Shown here: in pieces, positions 38,580 through 47,249 of the stretch
Layout: every line of letters starts with the position of its first letter
Position numbering within the stretch: the stretch's first letter is position 1
Source of the DNA: Rhodothermales bacterium
GTDB taxonomy: Bacteria; Bacteroidota; Rhodothermia; Rhodothermales; JABDKH01
Direction of reading: 5' to 3'
DNA: 64,000 bases
Assembly: GCA_013002345.1 (NCBI GenBank)
Contig: JABDKH010000196.1
Span: 5,160 to 69,159 of the forward strand
The notes under the pieces: model-generated
Database searches by the model: none
Told to the model about the DNA's origin: nothing
The model's input: the letters and a program-made list of their open reading frames with translations, nothing else
Program-made: the position numbers and the translations under genes

Positions 38580-39932
38580 TCACCCCAGAGTCTTGCCCCG
38601 ACGAGGCGTGGAACTCCACTCGTGGGCCTTTACCGGACCGTGGCAAGTTGGACAACCGGGTGAGCGCTCCGAATCACGCTTGCGAACAGGGTGCCTTCGA
38701 GTATTATCGTCGGTCTCACCTGCCGACTCGGAAAGTGCAGAGGCCGTCGCGTCAGAGAATTGGGCACCGACCATTTCCGCCAGAGATGCGATAAAGAGAG
38801 GATGACAATTCAATCCCGACGCAACCTCGTAGGAACCAATTCCCAGCTCCCCTGCCGTTTGTCGTAGTAGAATATCCAGCGTGTACGCCGTCCAAACATC
38901 GTCCGTGGCCACGCCCAGCGGGACAACCATCACAGCTTCAGCACCTTCTGTAACCAGCCGCTGTACCACTCGCCGCATGTCGCGTTGATCACGTCGTCCC
39001 TGCCGTACGCCCGGACAGAAGCACGCTACATTGTATGGTCTCGAATCATTGCGCATCGTGCCCAGCCGACTGACGGTCGTATGCGCAAGCTCGCACAGAG
39101 AATCATGGTCATGCAACGGCCCGTGCGTCGATGCGTGCTCGGCGCAGAAGACTATCTCAACGTTGCGACGGACCCTCTTCGGGAAGCGCTGTAGCGCCTG
39201 ATCCATCCGCTCCGAAACAGCTTGCAGATACTTTGGATGTGCGGAATACTCAAGGACAGCAGAAGCAGGTGCTGTCCCCTCTGTCTGCAGAGACATCAAC
39301 GTCGACCAGTACGCCAATGAGGTCCCGGTCGTACTCATCGAATACTGCGGATATAGAGGGACAAGAACTATTCGGTTCACGTTGCGGGCCCGCATCTCCG
39401 CCAGCGCATCTTCACTCGACGGAGACCCGTGTCGCATCGAGATATACGTGGAAAACCTTGCGCCGGTATAGGGTCCCAGTCGTTCGTTCAGCTCCTCCTG
39501 CAAGGCCGACGCCTGTTCGCGAACCAGTCGATTGGCCGGGCATTCTCCGCCGATTTCTTCATAGTCCTGCCACACAAATCTCGCCGCTGCACGTGCGGCG
39601 ACGTTTGCGAGTCGGTGTCGCCCAAGCACGGGGCCCCTCGAGTCAAGCACCGGATCCATCCACCGTGAATAGAGGAAGGCTTCCAACTCCGAACGATCAT
39701 TCGGTCCACCAAGACCCAGCAGCACCACACCGACATGATCGTCACCGCCCAGGGCCAACCCTCCCGATGGGAAGTACCGCCCTGTGGCCAGACGATCGTC
39801 GGGATTAAACCTCTGCAGGAACTGGCGCGGTGTCATCGATGACGGGTTTGATGGATCGATTATGGTTCTCATATCGGCCGCTATCCGGCGATAATGAGGA
39901 CCTCGCGACGTGGCCGTCCGTATCGACGACAT
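38580..39932 (-). CDS. Ferrochelatase-fold protein with non-canonical active-site motif and N/C-terminal extensions
   Basis: Colinear with HemH: VGVVLLGLGGPN…, YEEIGGECP, MRHGSPSSEDALAEMRARNVNRIVLVPLYPQYSMSTTGTS. The conserved GFxxDHxExL region reads GVATDDVWTAYTLD instead. C-terminal tail contains GCPTCHG. Confidence 0.7.
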   Translation of the reverse strand: MSSIRTATSRGPHYRRIAADMRTIIDPSNPSSMTPRQFLQRFNPDDRLATGRYFPSGGLALGGDDHVGVVLLGLGGPNDRSELEAFLYSRWMDPVLDSRGPVLGRHRLANVAARAAARFVWQDYEEIGGECPANRLVREQASALQEELNERLGPYTGARFSTYISMRHGSPSSEDALAEMRARNVNRIVLVPLYPQYSMSTTGTSLAYWSTLMSLQTEGTAPASAVLEYSAHPKYLQAVSERMDQALQRFPKRVRRNVEIVFCAEHASTHGPLHDHDSLCELAHTTVSRLGTMRNDSRPYNVACFCPGVRQGRRDQRDMRRVVQRLVTEGAEAVMVVPLGVATDDVWTAYTLDILLRQTAGELGIGSYEVASGLNCHPLFIASLAEMVGAQFSDATASALSESAGETDDNTRRHPVRKRDSERSPGCPTCHGPVKAHEWSSTPRRGKTLG

Positions 39933-40083
39933 ACGCGGGGCTGGGGGACAAACAACCTCATGTCTGCACGGTTACGTACGCGAGATTACATTCGTAAAAG
40001 CGCGTGCGTATTCAGAACAAGTGGGTTTTCGGTGGATTTCGCGATAAAACCGATGACCCGGGTTATCCGGCGGTAAAACAGGA

Positions 40084-40371
40084 ATGACGATTATCGAACA
40101 CTCTCCCAGCGAGGAAGAGATTCTCGACTTCATCGACGGACAGATCAGGCAGTTCCAGGAAGAAGGTGCCGAGGCGGGTTTTATCGTGGTGGGACCCACG
40201 GCTTACCGACGGCTGTGCAGGGCTATTTCCGTTGCGGGTCGGCGAGGAAGGGGTACCTTCGAAACGTACAATTTCGTCCCGATTGTGTTGGATCCATTCC
40301 GATCGGATGGTGCCTGCGTCCTTCCGGGAGCGTCAGAGTGCAACAAGGGCGTCGACACCTACCGCACCTAG
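40084..40371 (+). CDS. Hypothetical protein (95 aa)
   Basis: ATG-initiated ORF with balanced composition (MTIIEHSPSEEEILDFIDGQIRQFQEEGAEAGFIVVGPTAYRRL…). No recognisable motif. Confidence 0.4.
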   Translation: MTIIEHSPSEEEILDFIDGQIRQFQEEGAEAGFIVVGPTAYRRLCRAISVAGRRGRGTFETYNFVPIVLDPFRSDGACVLPGASECNKGVDTYRT

Positions 40372-40374
40372 CAT

Positions 40375-41103
40375 CTACATGCCGCCCCATTCGCCTGGGT
40401 TGGCTCCGCGATCGACCCATTCCCGGAAGTCCTCCCTCTCGCTGCCCCACGAGAGCGGTGGGAGCGCTTGCCAGGACATGGCATGCCCGAGCGTAGGATG
40501 GTCGATAGTCAGCAAATAGCAGTGCAGGGCAAGGTTGCGTCCATCGAATTCCCGGGTCGCACCGTACCTCATGTCGCCCACAATAGGATGTCCGATCCGA
40601 GCCAACTGATGACGGATCTGATGCTTCCGACCCGTCTTTAGACGTACGTTTACTATTGTCCCTCTCGCCGTTTCCTTGACCTTCTCCCAATCCAACTCCG
40701 CATACTGAGCACCTTCTTCACCCCTCGAAGCAGCCACAACTCCCCTCTCAGACTTCTTCAAATACCCGGCCTCTGTCGTCCCCTGGCCGACGACAGAACC
40801 CTCCACAAGTGCTACGTATTGCTTCTCTACGTCGCGGTCCAGAAACTGACGACCCAGACGTGATGCCGCCTTGGATGTCCGAGCCAGCACCATCACGCCC
40901 GACGCCGGCCGATCGAGCCGATGCGCAAGTCCGAGAAATACGCGTCCCGGCTTGTCGAACTTCTCCTTCAGGTAGCCCTTCCCCGCTGTCAGCAAGTCAG
41001 GATCACCGGTACGGTCCCGCTGCGACGGCATCCCGGCGGGCTTGCAAACGACGAGCAGGTGATTGTCGCAGTATAGAACGTACTCGGAAAACGGCGTCGG
41101 CAT
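40375..41103 (-). CDS. RluA-family pseudouridine synthase
   Basis: LLVVCKPAGMPSQ and the catalytic-Asp motif HRLDRPASGVMVLARTSKAASRL; later GRKHQIRHQLA. Confidence 0.9.
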   Translation of the reverse strand: MPTPFSEYVLYCDNHLLVVCKPAGMPSQRDRTGDPDLLTAGKGYLKEKFDKPGRVFLGLAHRLDRPASGVMVLARTSKAASRLGRQFLDRDVEKQYVALVEGSVVGQGTTEAGYLKKSERGVVAASRGEEGAQYAELDWEKVKETARGTIVNVRLKTGRKHQIRHQLARIGHPIVGDMRYGATREFDGRNLALHCYLLTIDHPTLGHAMSWQALPPLSWGSEREDFREWVDRGANPGEWGGM

Positions 41104-41104
41104 C

Positions 41105-43498
41105 TCAGTGTAGTCTGACCATCGACCGCGTCATCACCATACCATCCAGCCCTGAATAGCGGATGAAGTATATGCCCGATGGAACTGCAGAGCCATCCGC
41201 CGCGACGCCATCCCATCGGAACTCTGCGGCGGCACCACGACCAGACTCGTACGACACCAACTTTCGTCCGAGCAGATCGAAAATCTCGAAGATGCCTCCG
41301 AACTCACCACTCGCGGTCACGCGTACGTAGGAGACAAACGGGTTTGGATAGACGATCAGGTCACGTCCACTGATTCGGCCAGTGCGATCGGTCGCGACGG
41401 CACCCGAATTCGACCTGCCCGGCGTCGCTGTGGCAAGAAAGGCCCACGTGTCCGAGCCATCAGGCGTTCTACCAGATGCTACATCCTGCTGCTGTGCGCC
41501 AAAAGTCAGCGTGTCAAGTGGCACTCCTGCCGAATCGTAAAGTCCAACGTACTCGCCAGACCTGGCAAGTCGAAAATTCGCATGCATGGGTCCCTGGGTC
41601 CCATCTTCATCGGCCCATACGATCAAGTAACCTCCCGGAGCGATCGACGTGTCCGGAAGAGACCATTTGGCCGGGCGATTTCGATCGTCAGTGAGCGTAA
41701 ACCCACTTACGTTCACAGGCGTCGAATCGCCGTTGTAGAGCTCGATCCAGTCATCAAATTCGCCCGCAGAATCCACGGCGGTCATCACGTTCGACGCCAT
41801 GATCTCATTGATGTGCAGAGACACGCTTCCAAGCACAACGATACTCTTAATGTCCGTAGTGACGCGCTGGCCAGAACGATCAACCGCCACCACGTAGTAA
41901 TCAATAGTTGCCGGCATTTCAGGAGATGTCACGGCAGCCGCATAACGATCTACGCCCAGGTCCGGCCGGAGTGACATCGGCACCTCCTGCTCGACCCCGC
42001 TGCCGACACGATGGTACAGCCTGACATCCGGCGCATCTTCATCTTCGACGCGCACAGAAATCGTGACCACCGCGCCCGGTCGACCCGAAGGCGGCGACAC
42101 GATGAGCTCTGACACTACCGGCACAATGTCTTCAATGTCCAGCTGGGTCGCGGCCGTGCGCGCCCGTTCACTCACGAAAGGCAACAGGCCGTCCACCACG
42201 TGTCCGCCGAGTGCTCCGAAGAACGAATCGTTGAACTGATCGACAGTGTAGCCGTAGTCGAACGTTCGGTAGAGATCTTCGACCGCCGCGTCCTCGACCA
42301 ACGATCGAAGAGCAAGTATGCGAGAGTGCAAGGGACCTGGCTCGAACGATCCACTGAGCAATCTTCGGAGATAAAGTGTATATCTCGAACGGAATTCCGG
42401 GACCGACAGAATACGATCGGCGAGCGGGCGAACTTCCCCGGGATCCGGATGCCCCCACGCGTAAACGTTGCGCGTCGTCCAGTCAAGCCCGGGATAGATC
42501 CCCTCCCACCAAATCCCCATAATGTTATCGAAATCGTAGGGCACGTATTCGAATCGACCCGTGTCTGGATTCGAGTAGAGGTAGTAATTGTTCTTCAGGA
42601 ACCAGTACGAATCCCAGCTTCCGGTCAACGCGGTTACGGCCAGTGCACGAAGAAAGCCGTTCACGTTGAAGACATCCTGGATCGCACCCGGAAAGTCGGC
42701 AGCACTCGAGTGGTTGAGGACGTCAATCAGGTGAACCAGATCGTCGTATCCCTCAAACTGGTCATCCTTAAGTCTCAAGTCGTACGGCGACCTGTCTGCC
42801 CCGGACTGCCGATACAGTTCGGGATCGCTACCCAGCCATGCGAGGTCCGCCGGCCAGAGGCACTTGTACAAATTGCCCGCATCGGTTCCGAACGCTCTTT
42901 GGAGAAACTGCTCGTCGACGTGCTCGACATTGACGTACAGCCCGAAATACTGGCCGTTGATATACAGACGAACATGATTGGCGCGGGAAGAAGGCACGCC
43001 TACAGATCTGAACAGGTCCCAGCCGATCTTCGACCGCACTATGGATGGGTCGTTGTGCTCTCCGTTAAGGTTTAGTTTCTCCAGGCCGAAGAACTTCTGG
43101 CCCCGTCGGAACGTGTTGAACGAGACCTTGAATGACTTCTTCGCCGCGTCCCTCGAGGTATTTCCCCGGAAGCGAAAACCGACACTGTCGACGGTTACGG
43201 AATCCACGCCTCGCATGAACGCAAAGGTCGCGGGTTTTTCCTCATCACTATATTGATTTCCAGGCAGGAACAGGGCGTCGAGGTGGACCTGATTGATCGT
43301 GATGTGCACGACGGGAACCGATGTATCGTCAAACACAAAGTCGTCGCCAGCTCTAGTCTGAGCAGCCGAGAGCAATGGTCCGAACCAGACAAATGCAAAC
43401 ACAAATGCAGCCAGCACGATCCACACATAACGCTGCGATCCCACCCTCGCGGGTTTGTGCCCACGAGTCGTCTGCCTGCTATCTTGCAGATATGACAT
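41105..43498 (-). CDS. Secreted CotH-family protein with lamin-tail domain and T9SS C-terminal sorting domain
   Basis: Signal peptide. CotH region (FRFRGNTSRDAAKKSFKVSF, LNLNGEHNDPSIVRSKIGWDLF, HVRLYINGQYFGLYVNVEHV). LTD (INEIMASN…FDDWIELYN…LTDD). C-terminal VYPNPF…IFDLLGRKLV…PSGIYFIRY. Confidence 0.85.
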   Translation of the reverse strand: MSYLQDSRQTTRGHKPARVGSQRYVWIVLAAFVFAFVWFGPLLSAAQTRAGDDFVFDDTSVPVVHITINQVHLDALFLPGNQYSDEEKPATFAFMRGVDSVTVDSVGFRFRGNTSRDAAKKSFKVSFNTFRRGQKFFGLEKLNLNGEHNDPSIVRSKIGWDLFRSVGVPSSRANHVRLYINGQYFGLYVNVEHVDEQFLQRAFGTDAGNLYKCLWPADLAWLGSDPELYRQSGADRSPYDLRLKDDQFEGYDDLVHLIDVLNHSSAADFPGAIQDVFNVNGFLRALAVTALTGSWDSYWFLKNNYYLYSNPDTGRFEYVPYDFDNIMGIWWEGIYPGLDWTTRNVYAWGHPDPGEVRPLADRILSVPEFRSRYTLYLRRLLSGSFEPGPLHSRILALRSLVEDAAVEDLYRTFDYGYTVDQFNDSFFGALGGHVVDGLLPFVSERARTAATQLDIEDIVPVVSELIVSPPSGRPGAVVTISVRVEDEDAPDVRLYHRVGSGVEQEVPMSLRPDLGVDRYAAAVTSPEMPATIDYYVVAVDRSGQRVTTDIKSIVVLGSVSLHINEIMASNVMTAVDSAGEFDDWIELYNGDSTPVNVSGFTLTDDRNRPAKWSLPDTSIAPGGYLIVWADEDGTQGPMHANFRLARSGEYVGLYDSAGVPLDTLTFGAQQQDVASGRTPDGSDTWAFLATATPGRSNSGAVATDRTGRISGRDLIVYPNPFVSYVRVTASGEFGGIFEIFDLLGRKLVSYESGRGAAAEFRWDGVAADGSAVPSGIYFIRYSGLDGMVMTRSMVRLH

Positions 43499-43598
43499 CA
43501 GTTTGGTCTCCGGACTGTTCGGTCGCAGTTCGAATAGCACCGTGCCCCGCTACGATCATTGTTGCCCCACGTCAGTATGCGCCCACTTAACGAACACC

Positions 43599-44225
43599 TT
43601 GTCAGACTCAGCGCCACAAAATAGGTCAGCGGCAGAGGTTCCGCGCAAGGTCCTGCACCTGTTGGTGGCTGTCGTGCCGTTGCTCGCGGTACAATGGGGC
43701 CAGCGGATCACGTTGATGATCGCACTACCGACAGCCATCCTGGCGGTTTGTGCCGACGTTCTCCGGTCGCGAAACAGAAAATTCGAGGACTTCATCCAGC
43801 GATGGTTCGGTTTCATGATGCGCCCGTCGGAGGAATCCGAAGGTGGACGTATTGTCATCAATGGCGCCACGTGGGTAGTTATTTCGTTTGCGCTTTTGAT
43901 CGCGCTGTTTCCCCTGCAGATCGCCGCTGCATCCTTTTTGATCTTCATTCTTGGCGACGCATTTGCCGCTCTGGTCGGACAGCGAATCGGGCGACACACG
44001 TGGCCCGGAGGCTCGCGAACTATTGAAGGTTCGGTCGCGTTTATTGTTGTTGGAACGCTCGCGGCAGCCACCTTCCCCGGACTTTCTATGTGGAGTGCGA
44101 TTCCAGCTGTCATCGTCGGTGCTCTGGCGGAGGCGTTACCGTGGCCGCTGAATGACAACATCCGCGTGCCGCTGGTGGTCGCGCTGACACTCGCACTCAT
44201 CGAATATGTGCCAAACCTGATATAA
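43599..44225 (+). CDS. CTP-dependent polyprenol/phytol/diacylglycerol kinase-family membrane protein
   Basis: Multi-TM, with LGDAFAALVGQRIGRHTWPGGSRTIEGSVAFIVVG (the D..AA.VG…KT.EGS motif of the phytol/dolichol kinase family). TTG start inferred. The antisense ORF 43556..44239 was rejected. Confidence 0.7.
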   Translation: MSDSAPQNRSAAEVPRKVLHLLVAVVPLLAVQWGQRITLMIALPTAILAVCADVLRSRNRKFEDFIQRWFGFMMRPSEESEGGRIVINGATWVVISFALLIALFPLQIAAASFLIFILGDAFAALVGQRIGRHTWPGGSRTIEGSVAFIVVGTLAAATFPGLSMWSAIPAVIVGALAEALPWPLNDNIRVPLVVALTLALIEYVPNLI

Positions 44226-44290
44226 GATGATACATACACTGAGATGTGTATCGGGTTGTACTATAACGATTTCCGGTCAACGATCTAAGC

Positions 44291-45148
44291 ATGGCCAAGT
44301 TTGCTGAATCAGCCGTCAGACTTCTGGCGGGACAGGACGCTTTTCCGCTGCCGCGGGTTATCCGTACGAGATATCCCATCGTGCTGATGCACGGCTTCGG
44401 CGTCCTTGCCGGAATGCGCCGGGGAGGCCACCTCTATGCGGCAGCGACGTTTCTCAGAATGCACGGCGTGCTGGCGTTTGCTCCCAACGTAGCCCCGTAC
44501 AATACGGTATCCTTTCGGTCGTCGATGTGGGCTGACCGACTTGCAGACATTCGCGACCAGACCGGAGCCTCGAAGGTCAACCTCATCGCACACTCAATGG
44601 GCGGACTCGATGCGAGATGGATGATCGCCAAACGCGGAATGCATGACACCATAGCCTCGGTCACGACCGTCTCGACTCCCCATCACGGGACCTACATCGC
44701 CGACTATGTCCTTTCCCAACCGGAGAGAATTCGCGAGATACTGGCCAACCTGGCGGACTGGGTGGGCGCTCATGCCGTGGCGGGTGGCGAGGCCGACTTC
44801 CGCACGGCACTCAGCGAACTCACCCTTGAGCACGTGAGCACGGCGTTTAATCCGGCGATCGAAAATCATCCCGACGTTCGCTACGCGTCTTATGCCGGAG
44901 CGGCCGGCAAGGGAACGGAAACGCCAATCAATCCCATTCTGAAGATCGGAAACTCGATTCTGTACGCGGCCGAGGGACCGAACGACGGCATCGTCTCTGT
45001 CGAGAGCGCGAAATGGGGTCGTTTTGAAGAAACGTTGGAAGCAGATCACGCCGCTCAAGTTGGACTTTCCCTGGGCATAAACTCGCGCTTCTCCTCCAAC
45101 GACTTCTACTTGCGCCTCGTTCTTGAACTGGCCAAAGATGGGTGCTAG
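44291..45148 (+). CDS. Esterase/lipase family alpha/beta hydrolase
   Basis: PIVLMHGFG, nucleophile elbow AHSMGGLD, TVSTPHHGT, and NDGIVSVESAKWG with a downstream DH. Confidence 0.8.
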   Translation: MAKFAESAVRLLAGQDAFPLPRVIRTRYPIVLMHGFGVLAGMRRGGHLYAAATFLRMHGVLAFAPNVAPYNTVSFRSSMWADRLADIRDQTGASKVNLIAHSMGGLDARWMIAKRGMHDTIASVTTVSTPHHGTYIADYVLSQPERIREILANLADWVGAHAVAGGEADFRTALSELTLEHVSTAFNPAIENHPDVRYASYAGAAGKGTETPINPILKIGNSILYAAEGPNDGIVSVESAKWGRFEETLEADHAAQVGLSLGINSRFSSNDFYLRLVLELAKDGC

Positions 45149-45149
45149 A

Positions 45150-45764
45150 ATGGTCAGACCCGTCGACATCACGCGATCACCCGATGCACCGACCGATGAG
45201 ATCAGGAGCCTGCCACAGCGAGGATCCGGAGTGCTTCAGTGGCTCGGCACGTTCGTATTGAAGATCATGCGGTGGCGTATCGACAATACGCTGCCGAGCA
45301 TCCCAAAGGCGGTGGTGATCGTCGCCCCGCACACGTCGAACTGGGATTTCGTCCTTGGACTGGCTGCTGCACTGGCTCTTGATGTAGACGCCCATTGGAT
45401 CGGAAAACACACGATCTTTCGGTGGCCTTTTGGTCGGCTCATGCGCTGGCTCGGTGGCATACCTGTAAACCGTCAGGCCACTTCAGGATTCGTAGAGCAG
45501 GTCGTAGAGCGTTTCAACCAGAGCGACCAGTTAGTGCTCGGCATCGCGCCGGAAGGCACTCGAAGGAAGGTCCAGCGATGGAAAAGTGGCTTCTACCACA
45601 TCGCGGCCGGAGCGAAGATTCCGATCGTTTGCGCCTATCTCGACTATCAATCGCGCGTCGTTGGATTGGGGCTGAATCTGATGCCGACCGGCAATTTCGA
45701 AACCGACCTGGCTGTTATTCAGGATTTCTACGCCCCGTATAAGGGCAAGCGGTCAAGCGACTGA
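45150..45764 (+). CDS. Lysophospholipid (1-acyl-sn-glycerol-3-phosphate) acyltransferase family protein
   Basis: HX4D motif APHTSNWDF and the IAPEGTRR motif. Start is ATG 45138 or 45150, overlapping or abutting the lipase stop at 45148. Confidence 0.8.
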   Translation: MVRPVDITRSPDAPTDEIRSLPQRGSGVLQWLGTFVLKIMRWRIDNTLPSIPKAVVIVAPHTSNWDFVLGLAAALALDVDAHWIGKHTIFRWPFGRLMRWLGGIPVNRQATSGFVEQVVERFNQSDQLVLGIAPEGTRRKVQRWKSGFYHIAAGAKIPIVCAYLDYQSRVVGLGLNLMPTGNFETDLAVIQDFYAPYKGKRSSD

Positions 45765-47222
45765 TGGAAGCCACTCCCGCAGAGCGCCGGACAGACTTGA
45801 TATCCGTGCGTTAGCCTCTACAGCGGAGTCGAGCGTTGAAAGAAAATGTTCACCCCACCCGGGAGCGTCCATTTCGTCCCAGAGAACATTGTGCCAAAGT
45901 AGAACAGCGCATCCACCAAACTTCCGGCAACGATCCAGAATTCGCGATGTCGCCGTCACGGCCTCGTCGAGCGAATAACCCTGACGATTGAATAGCGCTC
46001 CGTCCATCACAGCGAGTGGCATTTCCCACATCGACGTCTCCCTGTTTCGATGCACGTCAAATAGCCGGAATGGCATACACGTGCTTCGTCGGAATCCCTC
46101 CTGACCCGCAAAGCCAAGTGTCGAGTCGATCGTAAACCCTGCAGACTCGTGAAGCTTCATCGTGATCGGCATGTCATATCGAAGGAAGTGCTGTCGGACT
46201 GTGGTCGGCTTTTCACCGATTGAAGAACGAAAGATCTCTACCTCATCCGCCAGGTAGCCGCCATGCGCGTTGGAGTAGTAGCTTGGATGGAGGCCGAGCT
46301 CAAAGTTATCTGCTGCCGCAGTCTGCTGAAATGTCGAAAGCCATCGGCCCGTTAGCGAGTAGTGAACGTCGTTCGGGCCGTGGGCTCCCGCCTTGAAGAG
46401 AATTGTCGCGGTTCCGTCCCGCGATCTGATCTCATCGACCATTCGGGCGAGTGCGGACCGATACACGTCGCCCGGCGTGACTGCGTCGACGACAAAATCA
46501 CGAAACCGACGCACCCTCGCTCCGACCCCGACTTTGCGCGCGTTGAGCATTAGATGGTGCACCACCTCTCGATAGATCATGCCCTTTCGCCATTTCCACA
46601 GGTAGTCGACGTCGACCGTAGGACACACGGCCCAATCACTTCCTCCCCAACGCCTCCTGGCCCATTCAATTCCCGCGGTTGCCAGTTCAGCCGCCAGCCA
46701 TTCCCTGTATGCATCAACAACCGGCTTGTCGGCAAAACCAAGCCGCGCCTGAATCGAGTCCTCAAAACGGAAACGTCCGTTTCTGTCCCGGGGAGTTACA
46801 CGCGACTCCTGCCAGCCCGACAGCAAGTAGAACGTGCTCGCGATGATGTCCGGCGCGCCCCGTTCATCGGCAAACAGTGCGGGCCACGATTCACCCTCCC
46901 AGTCAATCCATGCGACCGCCGCTTCGTCGAGCCGCCTGGAGCGGAGAAACATCTCTTCCGCCCTGATGGAATACGAGAGTTGGAGTTCATGCGGATATCG
47001 GTCCTCCGCCGGTCCATAGTAGAGCACCGGTACGACGTCCGATGCCGACGAGTCGACCCACCTCGGCCGCAAAGACAGCGGCTCGAGCAAACTCGCAATG
47101 GCATAGCGTGCCATTGCGCTGTACTCCTCGGCGACGTTCGTACGTACAGCAATCGACACATCCGATCCGGTGCCGTCTACATGCTGATCGCCGGCAAATG
47201 GATGGTGCACCGGACCAGTCAT
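45753..47222 (-). CDS. Polysaccharide-deacetylase-like (NodB/CE4-like) protein with N-terminal domain of unknown function
   Basis: CPTVDVDYLWKW, GLHPSYYS, VRQHFLRYD and GFTIDSTLGF resemble CE4-like motifs. The assignment is tentative. Confidence 0.5.
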   Translation of the reverse strand: MTGPVHHPFAGDQHVDGTGSDVSIAVRTNVAEEYSAMARYAIASLLEPLSLRPRWVDSSASDVVPVLYYGPAEDRYPHELQLSYSIRAEEMFLRSRRLDEAAVAWIDWEGESWPALFADERGAPDIIASTFYLLSGWQESRVTPRDRNGRFRFEDSIQARLGFADKPVVDAYREWLAAELATAGIEWARRRWGGSDWAVCPTVDVDYLWKWRKGMIYREVVHHLMLNARKVGVGARVRRFRDFVVDAVTPGDVYRSALARMVDEIRSRDGTATILFKAGAHGPNDVHYSLTGRWLSTFQQTAAADNFELGLHPSYYSNAHGGYLADEVEIFRSSIGEKPTTVRQHFLRYDMPITMKLHESAGFTIDSTLGFAGQEGFRRSTCMPFRLFDVHRNRETSMWEMPLAVMDGALFNRQGYSLDEAVTATSRILDRCRKFGGCAVLLWHNVLWDEMDAPGWGEHFLSTLDSAVEANARISSLSGALREWLPSVA

Positions 47223-47249
47223 TAATGCGATATCACTTCAGGAGTATAT

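Noticed and set aside
42200-43075. 291-aa plus-strand ORF
   Set aside because: Antisense shadow of the CotH-family gene, with no motifs.
43556-44239. 227-aa minus-strand ORF
   Set aside because: The opposite (plus) frame encodes a polytopic protein with the phytol/dolichol-kinase family motif. The minus translation is Ser/Arg/Thr-rich junk.
46554-47225. 223-aa plus-strand ORF
   Set aside because: Antisense shadow of the 489-aa deacetylase-like gene; Arg/Pro-rich.
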